DNA of 22,688 nt. Source: Archangiaceae bacterium. GTDB lineage: Bacteria; Myxococcota; Myxococcia; Myxococcales; Myxococcaceae. Position numbers and translations under genes: made by a program. Location of the stretch: positions 1 through 22,688 of the forward strand of contig JAYVCD010000338.1 of assembly GCA_043750125.1 (NCBI GenBank). The letters are read 5' to 3'. Below the pieces are notes generated by a model. That model saw only the letters and a program-made list of their open reading frames with translations. It was not told the origin of the DNA and did not search any database. Of this stretch, positions 14,520 to 22,688 are shown piece by piece; position 1 is the first letter of the stretch, and the number at the start of each line of letters is the position of its first letter.

Positions 14520-16364
14520 ATGTCCGCAGGCATCAACCGTTACCAAGTCGACCTTCGCGAGCTGAACTTCGTGCTCCTCGAGCAGTTCGGTTATTCCGAA
14601 ATTGCCGGGCAGGGGCAGTTTGCCGATTGGGGCGTGGACGAAGCGAAGGCGGTGCTGCGCGAGACCTACCGCTTCGCCCGCGAGGTCCTGGGTCCGCTCA
14701 ATGCGTCCGGCGATCGCGAAGGCTGCAAAGTGGTTGATGGGCAGGTCATCACCCCCAGCGGCTTCAAAGAAGCGTGGACCAAGCTGTACGAAACCGGCTT
14801 CAAGACCGTCTCGGTCGCTCCTTCGCACGGCGGCCAGGGCTCGCCCCAGATGCTGTACGTGTTGGTCGAAGAGATTCTCTCGGGCGCCAACGTCGCGTTC
14901 AACATGTACACCGCGCTCGCCTGGGGAGCGGCCGAGCTGATTGGCTCTTGCGGTACCGAGCTGCAGGAAAAGACCTACGTCGAGAAGATGCTCAACGGCA
15001 CCTGGGGCGGGACGATGTGCCTGACCGAACCCCAGGCGGGCAGCGACGTAGGGGCTGCGAAGAGCAAAGCGGTCAAGCAGCCCGACGGCACCTACAAGAT
15101 TTCGGGTACCAAGATCTTCATCTCGGGTGGGGACCATGACCTCGCCGGGAACATCATTCACCTGGTGCTGGCGCGAACCGAAGGGGCGCCCGTCGGGACC
15201 AAAGGCCTCTCGCTCTTCATCGTCCCCAAGCTGCGCATCGGCCCCGATGGCTCTCCGGGGAAGAGCAACGACGTCCAGGTCGCCGGCATCGAGCACAAGA
15301 TGGGGATCAACGGCTCGGCCACCTGCGTGCTGCAGTTCGGTGAGAACAACGACTGCATCGGAGAGCTGGTGGGCTCGGTCGAGAACCTCGGAATGTCGCA
15401 GATGTTCAAGATGATGAACGGCGCCCGAATCGCGGTCGGCTTGCAGGGCCTGGCGCTCGCGTCCAGCGCCTACTTGAACGCGCTCGAGTACGCCAAGGAC
15501 CGCAAGCAGGGTTCCCACTTCAAATTCTGGAAGGACCCCAACAAGCCGCGGGTCGCGATCATCGAGCACCCCGACGTCCGCCGAATGCTGCTCGAGCTGA
15601 AGTCCGTGACCGAAGGCATTCGCAGCCTGGTGGTGAAGCTCGCGATGCACAACGACCAGGTCCAGCTGCTCAAGGGGAAGGACGACGAGAAGGCCGCCTA
15701 CCACCTGGGCCAGGTCGATCTGTTGACCCCGCTGGTGAAGTCTTATGGCTCGGAAGAGGCGTACCGGCTGTGCGGTCTGGCGATCCAGGTCTACGGCGGC
15801 GCGGGCTTCCTCAAAGACTGGCCGGTCGAGCAGTACGCCCGCGATTCGAAGATCTTTTCGATCTACGAGGGCACCACCCACATCCAGGGAATGGATCTCG
15901 TCGGCCGCAAGCTCGGGCAGAACGGGGGCGCGAACTTCCAGGCGTTCATGGGGGACATCACCACCTTCGTCGAAGCGAACCGAAGCCACCCGAAGTTCGC
16001 CAAAGAGGTCGCGGTGCTCGCTTCGGCTTCCGAAGCGGTGATGGGCGTCGCGATGCAGATGCTCAGCTGGTCGCAAACCGACAAGTTCACCCTCGTCCCG
16101 CTCAACGCCAACCGATTCCTCGACATGATGTCGCGGCTCACCGTCGGCTGGTTGCTGCTCGATGCCGGAGTGAAGGCCGAGGCTGCCCTGGCCAAGATCC
16201 CTTCTTCGGATCCCGACCAGGCGTTCTACGAGGGAAAACGGGCCTCGGCGCTCTGGTACGCGCGCAATGTCATTCCCCAGATCGAAACGATGGCGCAGAT
16301 GGCGCAGCTCGAAGATGCCTCGCCGGTCGAGATTTCCGACGCGGCGTTCCGCTCTGCCGTCTAG
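14520..16364 (+). CDS. Acyl-CoA dehydrogenase (long ~600-aa FadE5/DmdC-like type)
   Basis: GTMCLTEPQAGSDVG, GTKIFISGGDHD, GTKGLSLFIVPK, EHKMGINGSATC, IQVYGGAG, and IYEGTT with the catalytic Glu. Confidence 0.95.
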   Translation: MSAGINRYQVDLRELNFVLLEQFGYSEIAGQGQFADWGVDEAKAVLRETYRFAREVLGPLNASGDREGCKVVDGQVITPSGFKEAWTKLYETGFKTVSVAPSHGGQGSPQMLYVLVEEILSGANVAFNMYTALAWGAAELIGSCGTELQEKTYVEKMLNGTWGGTMCLTEPQAGSDVGAAKSKAVKQPDGTYKISGTKIFISGGDHDLAGNIIHLVLARTEGAPVGTKGLSLFIVPKLRIGPDGSPGKSNDVQVAGIEHKMGINGSATCVLQFGENNDCIGELVGSVENLGMSQMFKMMNGARIAVGLQGLALASSAYLNALEYAKDRKQGSHFKFWKDPNKPRVAIIEHPDVRRMLLELKSVTEGIRSLVVKLAMHNDQVQLLKGKDDEKAAYHLGQVDLLTPLVKSYGSEEAYRLCGLAIQVYGGAGFLKDWPVEQYARDSKIFSIYEGTTHIQGMDLVGRKLGQNGGANFQAFMGDITTFVEANRSHPKFAKEVAVLASASEAVMGVAMQMLSWSQTDKFTLVPLNANRFLDMMSRLTVGWLLLDAGVKAEAALAKIPSSDPDQAFYEGKRASALWYARNVIPQIETMAQMAQLEDASPVEISDAAFRSAV

Positions 16365-17527
16365 CGACGGTAGTGCAGCACTCCGTAGCCGGCGTCGTCG
16401 AAGATCGTCGACACGAACAAGTCCCAATCGCCCGCTCCGGACAGCCCGATCGCCGTATCGGCATGGGCGGGAGCGATGGACGTAGAGAACGATCCTCCAT
16501 CCCAGTGGACCAGCGCCCCTGAGCTGTCGGCGAGCCACATGTCGTTGGGCCCTCGCCCCCAGACACCCCAGATGTCGTCCGCCGTCGGGCAGAAAGTCTT
16601 CGTGAAGCCCGTGCCATTCCAGCGCAGCACCAGGCCGTTCTGCCCCACGAACCAGACGTCGTTCGGACCCGTCGCGAAGGCGCGACGAATGTTGTCCGTC
16701 ACCCCCGAATCGACCCGCTGCCAACCCGTTCCATCGTTGTGCAGCACCGTTCCGTATGAGCCGGCCGACCAGATGTCGTTCGCCGCCAACACCGCCAGCC
16801 CGCGCAGGGTGGGCACCGGAGCCGGAGGGGGACCTGCATCGCTGGGAACCCATTGGGTCCCGTCGTAGCGGTAGATGTCCCACTCGATGCCCGAGGCGTA
16901 GATCGAACCGCCATCGGGCAGTCCGTTGATCGCCACCAGGGTCGCAACCGGAGCGCCGGCAATCGACGTTGCCGAAGTGAAGGGCGGGCCGCGATAGGAA
17001 TATCCATTGTCCGCGCCGACGAACACCGTCGCGCCCAGGCCCCACACCGCGCTGCTCGTCACGCTGAAATCGGTGATGTTGACCTTCTGCCAGGACACCC
17101 CGTTCCAGTGCAGCAGCCTCGAGCCGAACGAAGTCAGCCACGCGTCGTCCGGGCTCGCGGCCCAGAGTCCTTGCGTCGTCGTGAACACTCCCGTCCCGCC
17201 CCGGCTGTAGACGCACCAATTGCCGCCACAGAACCCGGCGTCCACCGGTCCGCTTCCGCCGCCCCCTCCGCCTCCGCTTCCCCCGCCGGCTCCGCCGCCC
17301 GCCGCGCCCCCGATTCCGCCCCCTGTCGCGCCTCCAGTTCCTCCGCCCGCCGCCCCGCCGACTCCACCCCCAGTCCCTCCGCCGGCCGAGCCGCCGGTTC
17401 CGCCTCCGGTGCCCGCGTCGGGCCCACACTTTTCCGAGCCGCAATACCGGGCGTAAGCCCCGTCGAAGTCGAAGCAGCCCGCAAGCAGGCAAAGCAGTCC
17501 GGCCAACACCAGAGGTGACTGACGCAT
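16361..17527 (-). CDS. Lipoprotein with Gly-rich linker and W-G-x-x-x-x-D-x-W repeat (beta-propeller-like) domain
   Basis: Lipobox LAGC, GGG(T/A/V/I) linker, and ~40-aa repeats LWAASPDDAW, LAVLAANDIW, AFATGPNDVW, VWGRGPNDMW, each followed by H/R-W/N-N/D-G-x-x-W/F. CTAG stop overlap with the acyl-CoA dehydrogenase. Confidence 0.8.
   Translation of the reverse strand: MRQSPLVLAGLLCLLAGCFDFDGAYARYCGSEKCGPDAGTGGGTGGSAGGGTGGGVGGAAGGGTGGATGGGIGGAAGGGAGGGSGGGGGGGSGPVDAGFCGGNWCVYSRGGTGVFTTTQGLWAASPDDAWLTSFGSRLLHWNGVSWQKVNITDFSVTSSAVWGLGATVFVGADNGYSYRGPPFTSATSIAGAPVATLVAINGLPDGGSIYASGIEWDIYRYDGTQWVPSDAGPPPAPVPTLRGLAVLAANDIWSAGSYGTVLHNDGTGWQRVDSGVTDNIRRAFATGPNDVWFVGQNGLVLRWNGTGFTKTFCPTADDIWGVWGRGPNDMWLADSSGALVHWDGGSFSTSIAPAHADTAIGLSGAGDWDLFVSTIFDDAGYGVLHYRR
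17250..17413 (-). repeat. Low-complexity Gly-rich coding repeat (about 12-nt period)
   Basis: Encodes GTGGGTGGSAGGGTGGGVGGAAGGGTGGATGGGIGGAAGGGAGGGSGGGGGGGSG between PDAG and VDAG motifs. Confidence 0.85.
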
Positions 17528-17639
17528 CTGCCCCCTATCGCGCAGACGCTGCCCCGTAGCAAACGCTGATGGTGATCTTCGTCAGACGTCTTCCCACCCT
17601 TGACACCGCAAGCCCGCGCTCTTCTCTTCCGCAATAGAA

Positions 17640-18068
17640 ATGGATCTTCTCCTGCTGTTCGCACAGGTCCTCTTGATCGTGCTGCTCGTCGTGCTGCCGC
17701 TGTTCTCGGCGTACGACAAGTGGCAGCAGTGGCCGACGCGCCGAAAGCTGATCGCGCTCGCCCTCGCGGTAGGAATCGCCGTGGTCGCCTTCGGGCAGTA
17801 CCGCCGCATCGTCCATCTGAGCGATGGCGATCTGCGTGCCGCAGTTGGAAACGTCGGGCTCTTTCACGGGGCCTGGTACGCCCGGCGGGTCAGCTTCACC
17901 TTGTGGGAATACGTCGGCTCGATCCTCGCGGGCACCGTGCTCGTCGCCTTGAGCTTCGATGCCGCTCGGCGCAGCAAATGGTCTGAGACTGCAGGCTACG
18001 CGGGCGTCTTCGCGCTGATGATCGCGCTCACCTTGCTGCTCAAGCTGCGCAGCTGGTCCGGCGAGTAG
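17640..18068 (+). CDS. Hypothetical small membrane protein (about 4 TM helices)
   Basis: 142 aa with four hydrophobic segments and GC-rich third positions. Fills the gap between flanking genes; a perfect TTGACA lies at 17600-17605. Confidence 0.7.
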   Translation: MDLLLLFAQVLLIVLLVVLPLFSAYDKWQQWPTRRKLIALALAVGIAVVAFGQYRRIVHLSDGDLRAAVGNVGLFHGAWYARRVSFTLWEYVGSILAGTVLVALSFDAARRSKWSETAGYAGVFALMIALTLLLKLRSWSGE

Positions 18069-18080
18069 GCCCCTTCGACA

Positions 18081-18998
18081 TCAAGCGCTCTGTGGCCCCG
18101 TCTTCACCGTGCTCAGCTTCGCCGGAAGGAACTCGTGAAACTTGGTGTAGTCGACGATGCGCCGGCCATCTTCCGCGACAGATCCAAGGATGTCGTCGAA
18201 GCGCGCCCCCCACTGCACTTCGGAAGGAATGTACGAGGTGCGGGCATGAATGGTCTGCATCAGGGTCTCATCGAGGCCTGTCAACGTGAGCACGATTTCC
18301 GGCTGCGTCGCTGCGAACTGCTCGGGCGTCAACCCATAGAGCGGAGAGCTCTTCGTGATCGGATGCATCACCGTCCAGCTGAGGATGAAGCTAGGCGTCG
18401 AGCTGCGCGTCAATTCCAGGTCGAACACTTTGCGCAGCCGCTCGCCTTCCAGCGTCACCACCGTTCGCAGCACTGCCACCCGGATGTTCGCCTCGACCAC
18501 GTGGTTCATTCGCTCGTTCGCGACCCGGAACATCATCGTCGGCACTCCATCGCGATCCGACACTACGCAGACCTTGCTCCACAGCACCCGAGACGTGGGG
18601 CGGGCAAACTTCGCAAAGCACAGCCCCGTCACCACTGCGGTCAGCAGCACTCCCACCAACGCTTCGAACGTCATCAGGAATTCAGCGGCCCGCCCCTGCG
18701 GAAACATCGCCCCGTAGCCAATCGTGGCCAGGGTCTGAACGCTGAAAAAGAAGTTGTCGAGCCAGTTCGAGGCATTGACCACCCCGCCCAGCAACCAGAA
18801 CCCGGTGGCGAACATCGCGTTGAGCGCCAGGAAGACCAGCGCGATGAAGCCGACCACCACCGCCCAGGACGACCGGAGCAGAAAGAAATAAACGTCGCGA
18901 AAGCCGGGGGACTTGGCTCCCAGCACCAGCAGGGTCCGACGCCGGGCATCGGACGAGGTGAAGATTCGCGGCGGCGCTGCAACGGGAGGAGGGGTCAC
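18081..18998 (-). CDS. Inward-rectifier potassium channel (KirBac-like)
   Basis: Two TM helices, pore FFFSVQTLATIGYG, FAKFARP, MFRVANER, WTVMHPITKSSPLYG, LTGLDET, VDYTKFH. Confidence 0.93.
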   Translation of the reverse strand: MTPPPVAAPPRIFTSSDARRRTLLVLGAKSPGFRDVYFFLLRSSWAVVVGFIALVFLALNAMFATGFWLLGGVVNASNWLDNFFFSVQTLATIGYGAMFPQGRAAEFLMTFEALVGVLLTAVVTGLCFAKFARPTSRVLWSKVCVVSDRDGVPTMMFRVANERMNHVVEANIRVAVLRTVVTLEGERLRKVFDLELTRSSTPSFILSWTVMHPITKSSPLYGLTPEQFAATQPEIVLTLTGLDETLMQTIHARTSYIPSEVQWGARFDDILGSVAEDGRRIVDYTKFHEFLPAKLSTVKTGPQSA

Positions 18999-19028
18999 GC
19001 CGCTGCATAGGCCGCCGCGGGTTTTGCG

Positions 19029-19478
19029 TCACTGCCCTTCGCGTACTCCAATCGCCAGCTGTGCCAGCCCGGCGCTCTTCGCCATTTCCATCACTTCGAC
19101 GACCTTCCCGTGGGTCACGCCCTGGTCGGCTTGCACGATCACCAACGTCTCGGAATTCTTCTCCCGCGCGGTATCGAGCGCTTTCTTCAGCTCGTCTGCC
19201 GACACCACATCACCCCCGAGCACGATTCGACCGTCTTCCAGAATCGCCACCGAAATGTCCGACGGCTTCGCCTGCGCATCGGCCGCTCCGCCCTTCGGAA
19301 GGTTGACCTTCAGCCCCGCCTTGGCCGCGCCGCCGTTGGCGTTCACGATCACCGAGCTGGTCACCATGAAGATCACCAGCAGCACCAGAAAGATGTCGGT
19401 CAGCGGAGTGATGTTGATCTCCGCAAACACCCCATCGCTCTCGTCGTTGTTCGCGCCCGGTATCTGACCTATCGCCAT
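19029..19478 (-). CDS. exbD: ExbD/TolR family biopolymer transport protein
   Basis: EINITPLTDIFLVLLVIFMV with the conserved TM Asp, VNLP, VIVQAD..V.HGKVVEVM..AK.AG. Confidence 0.92.
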   Translation of the reverse strand: MAIGQIPGANNDESDGVFAEINITPLTDIFLVLLVIFMVTSSVIVNANGGAAKAGLKVNLPKGGAADAQAKPSDISVAILEDGRIVLGGDVVSADELKKALDTAREKNSETLVIVQADQGVTHGKVVEVMEMAKSAGLAQLAIGVREGQ

Positions 19479-19481
19479 CGG

Positions 19482-20222
19482 TCAGGCCCCCTGCATCGGA
19501 GTGGCGGTCGCCGCAGTCGCCCCAGCGGTCAGCGACGACGAGACCGGCGTCTCACCATTGCTGCTCGCCGAAGGCACCACCCCGTTCACCGCGCGCTCGC
19601 GCAGCAGTTCGACGAACTCTTCCGAGATGAGCTTCAGCTCCACCGAGAGCTTCGCCAGCCGCGATTGGAAGTAGTTGTAGAAGACGACCGCCTCGACCGC
19701 GACGATGATTCCCGCCGCCGTTGCCACCAGCGCCTCGCTGATTCCGCTCATCACCGCCGCGGATCCACCCGAACCGCCCGACTCGACATCGAGGCCGAGG
19801 TCGCGAAACGACTTCATGATCCCCGCGACCGTCCCGAACAGACCGACGAACGGAGTGGTCGCTCCAATCGTTCCCAGCACCCACATCTTGCTCTTCAGCT
19901 TCAGCGCCGTTTCCTGCCGCACCCGATCGACCGCGGCATCCAGGCTCGGGCCCGTCGTCTTCGCCGCCCGCTGAAACCCCGCCCGGAAAATGTCCGCGGT
20001 AATCGACGTGCTTCGCTCTGCGGCCGAGCGCGCGGCCGCGACATCGCCCCGCAGCAGATTCTGGGCAATCGCCTGGCCCAGCGCACGGGCTTGAGATCCG
20101 ACCCCCCAGAGCGCAATCAGTCGTTCAATCGCAATGAAAAGGGCAATCACCGAAGCGAGGACAATGCCCGCCATCGTGATCCCGCCCAGTCGCACCATGT
20201 GAAGGAGTTCGTTAGAGGTCAT
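19482..20222 (-). CDS. exbB: MotA/TolQ/ExbB proton channel protein
   Basis: Likely start ATG 20222 (MTSNELLHMVRLGG). LGTIGATTPFVGLFGTVAGIMKSF and GISEALVATAAGIIVA. Confidence 0.92.
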   Translation of the reverse strand: MTSNELLHMVRLGGITMAGIVLASVIALFIAIERLIALWGVGSQARALGQAIAQNLLRGDVAAARSAAERSTSITADIFRAGFQRAAKTTGPSLDAAVDRVRQETALKLKSKMWVLGTIGATTPFVGLFGTVAGIMKSFRDLGLDVESGGSGGSAAVMSGISEALVATAAGIIVAVEAVVFYNYFQSRLAKLSVELKLISEEFVELLRERAVNGVVPSASSNGETPVSSSLTAGATAATATPMQGA

Positions 20223-20262
20223 GTGGGTTGCTGTTAATAGCGGGATCCAAGTGTTCTCCGCT

Positions 20263-21075
20263 ATGCCCGCTCCCAACCAGCTTCTCGCACTCCTTGTTCC
20301 GATTTCCTTGTGCCTTGGTGGTTGCCCCCACCACATCGAGTTCGGACTTCAGGGTGAGCCGAAGTCCGCCGAAGAGCTGCTGAAGCGAATCGAGGTCGCC
20401 GAGAGCGCGGTCGTCAGCGTCAAAGGCGAGGCCCGGCTCAAAATCGATTCGCCCCAAACCAAAGGATCCGTCACGGTTTTTGCGGCCGTCGCTCAGCCGG
20501 CGTGGGTCCACCTCGAGTCGCTCGATTTCTTCGGCAAGCCCCTAGGCGTCTTCGTCTCGGACGGAACCACCTTCGGCCTCTACGATGGCCCGGCGGGGAA
20601 ATACTTCCACGGGCCCGCCACCGCGCAGAACGTGGCCCGCTTCGTTCCGATTGCCATTCCGCCCGCCGAGCTCGCCGCGCTGCTCCTCGGCCGGGCCCCC
20701 CGCATTCCCCACGAGTCGGCCGAGCTGCGGTTGGATTCAGAAGCCGGCGTACTGGTGTTGACCTTGAAGCAGGGCAGGGTCGTTCAAGTGCTGAAGGTCG
20801 CTCTCCCCAGCTACCGGGTCATTCACTCGACCGTCACCGGGGCCCAGACCTACGACCTCGACTTCGAAAATCTCGAAGAGGTCGAAGCGATCACCTACCC
20901 CCGCCGGGTGGTGCTCACCGCTGCAGCCGCCCAGGTCCGCGTCGAGCTCAATTACAAAGGTGTCGTCGTCAACGAAGCGACCGACCTGACGCTGTTTGAA
21001 ATGACCGCCCCCCCCAACGTTCCCCTCGTAGAAGTGGATGAAAGGGGTGTTCCGCGCGAGGGTTCGCCCCGATGA
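20263..21075 (+). CDS. DUF4292 / LolA-LolB-fold-like lipoprotein
   Basis: Likely start ATG 20263, lipobox LGGC, beta-rich. QPAWVHLESLDFFGKPL, SDGTTFGLYD, YPRRVVL and LFEMTAP resemble this family. Confidence 0.6.
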   Translation: MPAPNQLLALLVPISLCLGGCPHHIEFGLQGEPKSAEELLKRIEVAESAVVSVKGEARLKIDSPQTKGSVTVFAAVAQPAWVHLESLDFFGKPLGVFVSDGTTFGLYDGPAGKYFHGPATAQNVARFVPIAIPPAELAALLLGRAPRIPHESAELRLDSEAGVLVLTLKQGRVVQVLKVALPSYRVIHSTVTGAQTYDLDFENLEEVEAITYPRRVVLTAAAAQVRVELNYKGVVVNEATDLTLFEMTAPPNVPLVEVDERGVPREGSPR

Positions 21076-22688
21076 CTCTTCGAATGCTGATCGCCGGCCT
21101 GCTGCTCGCGCTCACCGGCTGCAAGGACAAGAAGCCCACCTCGCCCCAACCGGGCCCGGACGCGGTGACTGCTCCGACCCTCGCGTGGCTCAAAGGCGAG
21201 CTGCCCGCCGAAGTTCTGCAGGGCACTCCCGTTCACGGAGGCACCTTGACCATTCGGGTCCCCAACGAGCCCTCGGGCCTCAACCGCGTTCACGATCAAC
21301 AGGTCGAGGGGATGATGGCCCGCTACACCATGGGGACCCTCTACGAAACGCTTGCCGAGCTCGATCGGGACACCCACCCCCAATACCTGCTCAAGCCACT
21401 GCTCGCCGAGAGCTGGGACGAAAGCGCCGACCACCTCATCCTCACCGTCCGGCTGCGCAAAGGGGTCAAGTTCCACAACGGCGAGAAGTTCAGCAGCAAG
21501 GACGTAAAGGCCACCTTCGACGCAATCCTGCTTCCGACCAACCTCACCAACTCGGTTCGCAGCAATTTTCCCGATCTGATCGTCACCGTCCCCGACGAGC
21601 ACACCGTGGTGTTCACGACGACCCAGGCCCACTTCCTCCACCGCACCAACGTGCTCGCCTACGTGCCCATCTTTCCCGCCTCTGCGCTCAAAGGTGACTT
21701 CAACACCCTGGCGATCAACCGGGCGCCGATCGGCACCGGCCCCTTTCGCTTCGTCTCGTGGGAAACCGGCAAGTCGATTACCTACGTCCGCAACGACCAG
21801 TATTGGGGCACCAAAGCGTTCCTCGACAAAGTCGTGATTCGCTTCGTCAAAGACGAAACCGTCGCCACCCAGCTGTGGGAACACGGCGAGTTTGATCTGA
21901 TGACCCGCATCCAGCCCAGCGTCTGGCGGTCGATCGAAGCGCCGAGCGCTTCCAACGCCTGGGCGATCACCGGCTACCACCGGATCAACTTCGTCGAGAA
22001 CTACTACTCGTGGCTCGGCTGGAACGAAGAGCGGCCCTTCTTCGCCGACACCCGCGTCCGCCGCGCCCTCGCGATGCTTTACCCCGCCGATAAAGTCGCC
22101 AAGAACATCGACATGGACCTCGAGCTTCCGACCACCTGCCCGTATTACCGGCCCTCGGACTCGTGCGACCCCGCAGTGAAGGTGCTGGCCTACGATCCTG
22201 GCGCTGCAACTGCGCTGCTCAAGTCCGCCGGCTGGGAAGATCACAACGGCGACGGGGTGCTCGATAAAGACGGGGTCCCCTTCCGGTTTTCATTCCTTAC
22301 CAACCCCCATTCGGTGAAGTTGACCAAGCTGGCTCCGCTGCTTCAAGAAGAGTTCAAGAAAGTCGGAATCGAGATGGACGTAGAGAAGGTCGACGCCGCC
22401 CAATACGTGGGCCGACTGCGCGCACACGACTTCGACGCCGCCAGCCTGGGTTGGAACAACAACGACGTGAACACCGACCAGTTCCAGGTCTTTCATTCCT
22501 CCCAGAAGAACGGAGGCAGCAACTACATCTCGTATGACAGCCCCCGCGCCGATGGGCTGATCGAAAAGATCCGGGTCTCGTTCAATGAAAGTGAGCGCCA
22601 TGCCCTCGAGCGACAGCTGCACGATGTGCTTTACGAAGAGCAGCCCTACACCTTCCTCACCAATCGGCCGCAGCTCGACGCCGTCAAG
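21072..22688 (+). CDS. ABC transporter substrate-binding lipoprotein, family 5 (peptide/nickel), runs off the right edge
   Basis: Not in the ORF track. ATG 21072 overlaps the upstream stop (ATGA). Lipobox LTGC, GGTLTI, LYETL, PLLAESW, LRKGVKFHNGEKFSSKDV, PIGTGPFRF, RNDQYWG, RVRRALAM. Confidence 0.93.
   Translation, partial: MTLRMLIAGLLLALTGCKDKKPTSPQPGPDAVTAPTLAWLKGELPAEVLQGTPVHGGTLTIRVPNEPSGLNRVHDQQVEGMMARYTMGTLYETLAELDRDTHPQYLLKPLLAESWDESADHLILTVRLRKGVKFHNGEKFSSKDVKATFDAILLPTNLTNSVRSNFPDLIVTVPDEHTVVFTTTQAHFLHRTNVLAYVPIFPASALKGDFNTLAINRAPIGTGPFRFVSWETGKSITYVRNDQYWGTKAFLDKVVIRFVKDETVATQLWEHGEFDLMTRIQPSVWRSIEAPSASNAWAITGYHRINFVENYYSWLGWNEERPFFADTRVRRALAMLYPADKVAKNIDMDLELPTTCPYYRPSDSCDPAVKVLAYDPGAATALLKSAGWEDHNGDGVLDKDGVPFRFSFLTNPHSVKLTKLAPLLQEEFKKVGIEMDVEKVDAAQYVGRLRAHDFDAASLGWNNNDVNTDQFQVFHSSQKNGGSNYISYDSPRADGLIEKIRVSFNESERHALERQLHDVLYEEQPYTFLTNRPQLDAVK

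Noticed and set aside
14430..17492. 1020-aa minus-strand ORF
   Set aside because: Shadow frame: antisense to the acyl-CoA dehydrogenase and out of frame within the lipoprotein gene. Arg/Gly-rich with no motifs, as expected from high-GC codon bias.
17535..17600. Possible gene tail (..KITISVCYGAASAR*) just upstream of the propeller lipoprotein
   Set aside because: Too short and without motif support; it cannot be distinguished from ordinary promoter sequence.
22239..22274. EF-hand-like DHNGDGVLDKDG loop in the ABC binding protein
   Set aside because: A Dx[DN]xDG loop at this position is common in family-5 substrate-binding proteins, so it is not novel.

Overview
High-GC, very tightly packed bacterial chromosomal region. 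The protein styles (Gly-rich DAG-linker lipoprotein, HEAT-cyclophilin lipoprotein, REC-HD-GYP, Lys/Pro-rich tails) suggest Myxococcota; this is inference. There are about 21 intact or window-truncated genes: DUF1615 lipoprotein (partial), hemerythrin, 5'-nucleotidase-like lipoprotein, EcsC-like protein, DUF1795/DcrB protein, a Zn-ribbon membrane protein-MoxR-DUF58 operon, HEAT+cyclophilin, REC-HD-GYP, an amine-dehydrogenase-like gene with a MaoC pair and acyl-CoA dehydrogenase, a beta-propeller-like lipoprotein, a small membrane protein, a KirBac channel with ExbB/ExbD, a DUF4292-like lipoprotein and a family-5 ABC substrate-binding protein (partial). I saw no rRNA, tRNA, CRISPR array or transposase. 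The most notable observations are: (1) a broken gene in three frames with a glycine-zipper membrane C-terminus, coupled to an intact DUF1795 gene (possible decayed effector/partner pair); (2) a hidden Cys-rich frame in an apparently intergenic gap; (3) a CcoP-like cytochrome c clipped at its neighbour's stop codon; (4) a 5'-nucleotidase homologue lacking nearly all metal ligands; (5) an Ord-like dehydrogenase in an acyl-CoA operon whose MaoC subunit lacks the catalytic His. All family calls come from motif recognition by eye, not database searches.
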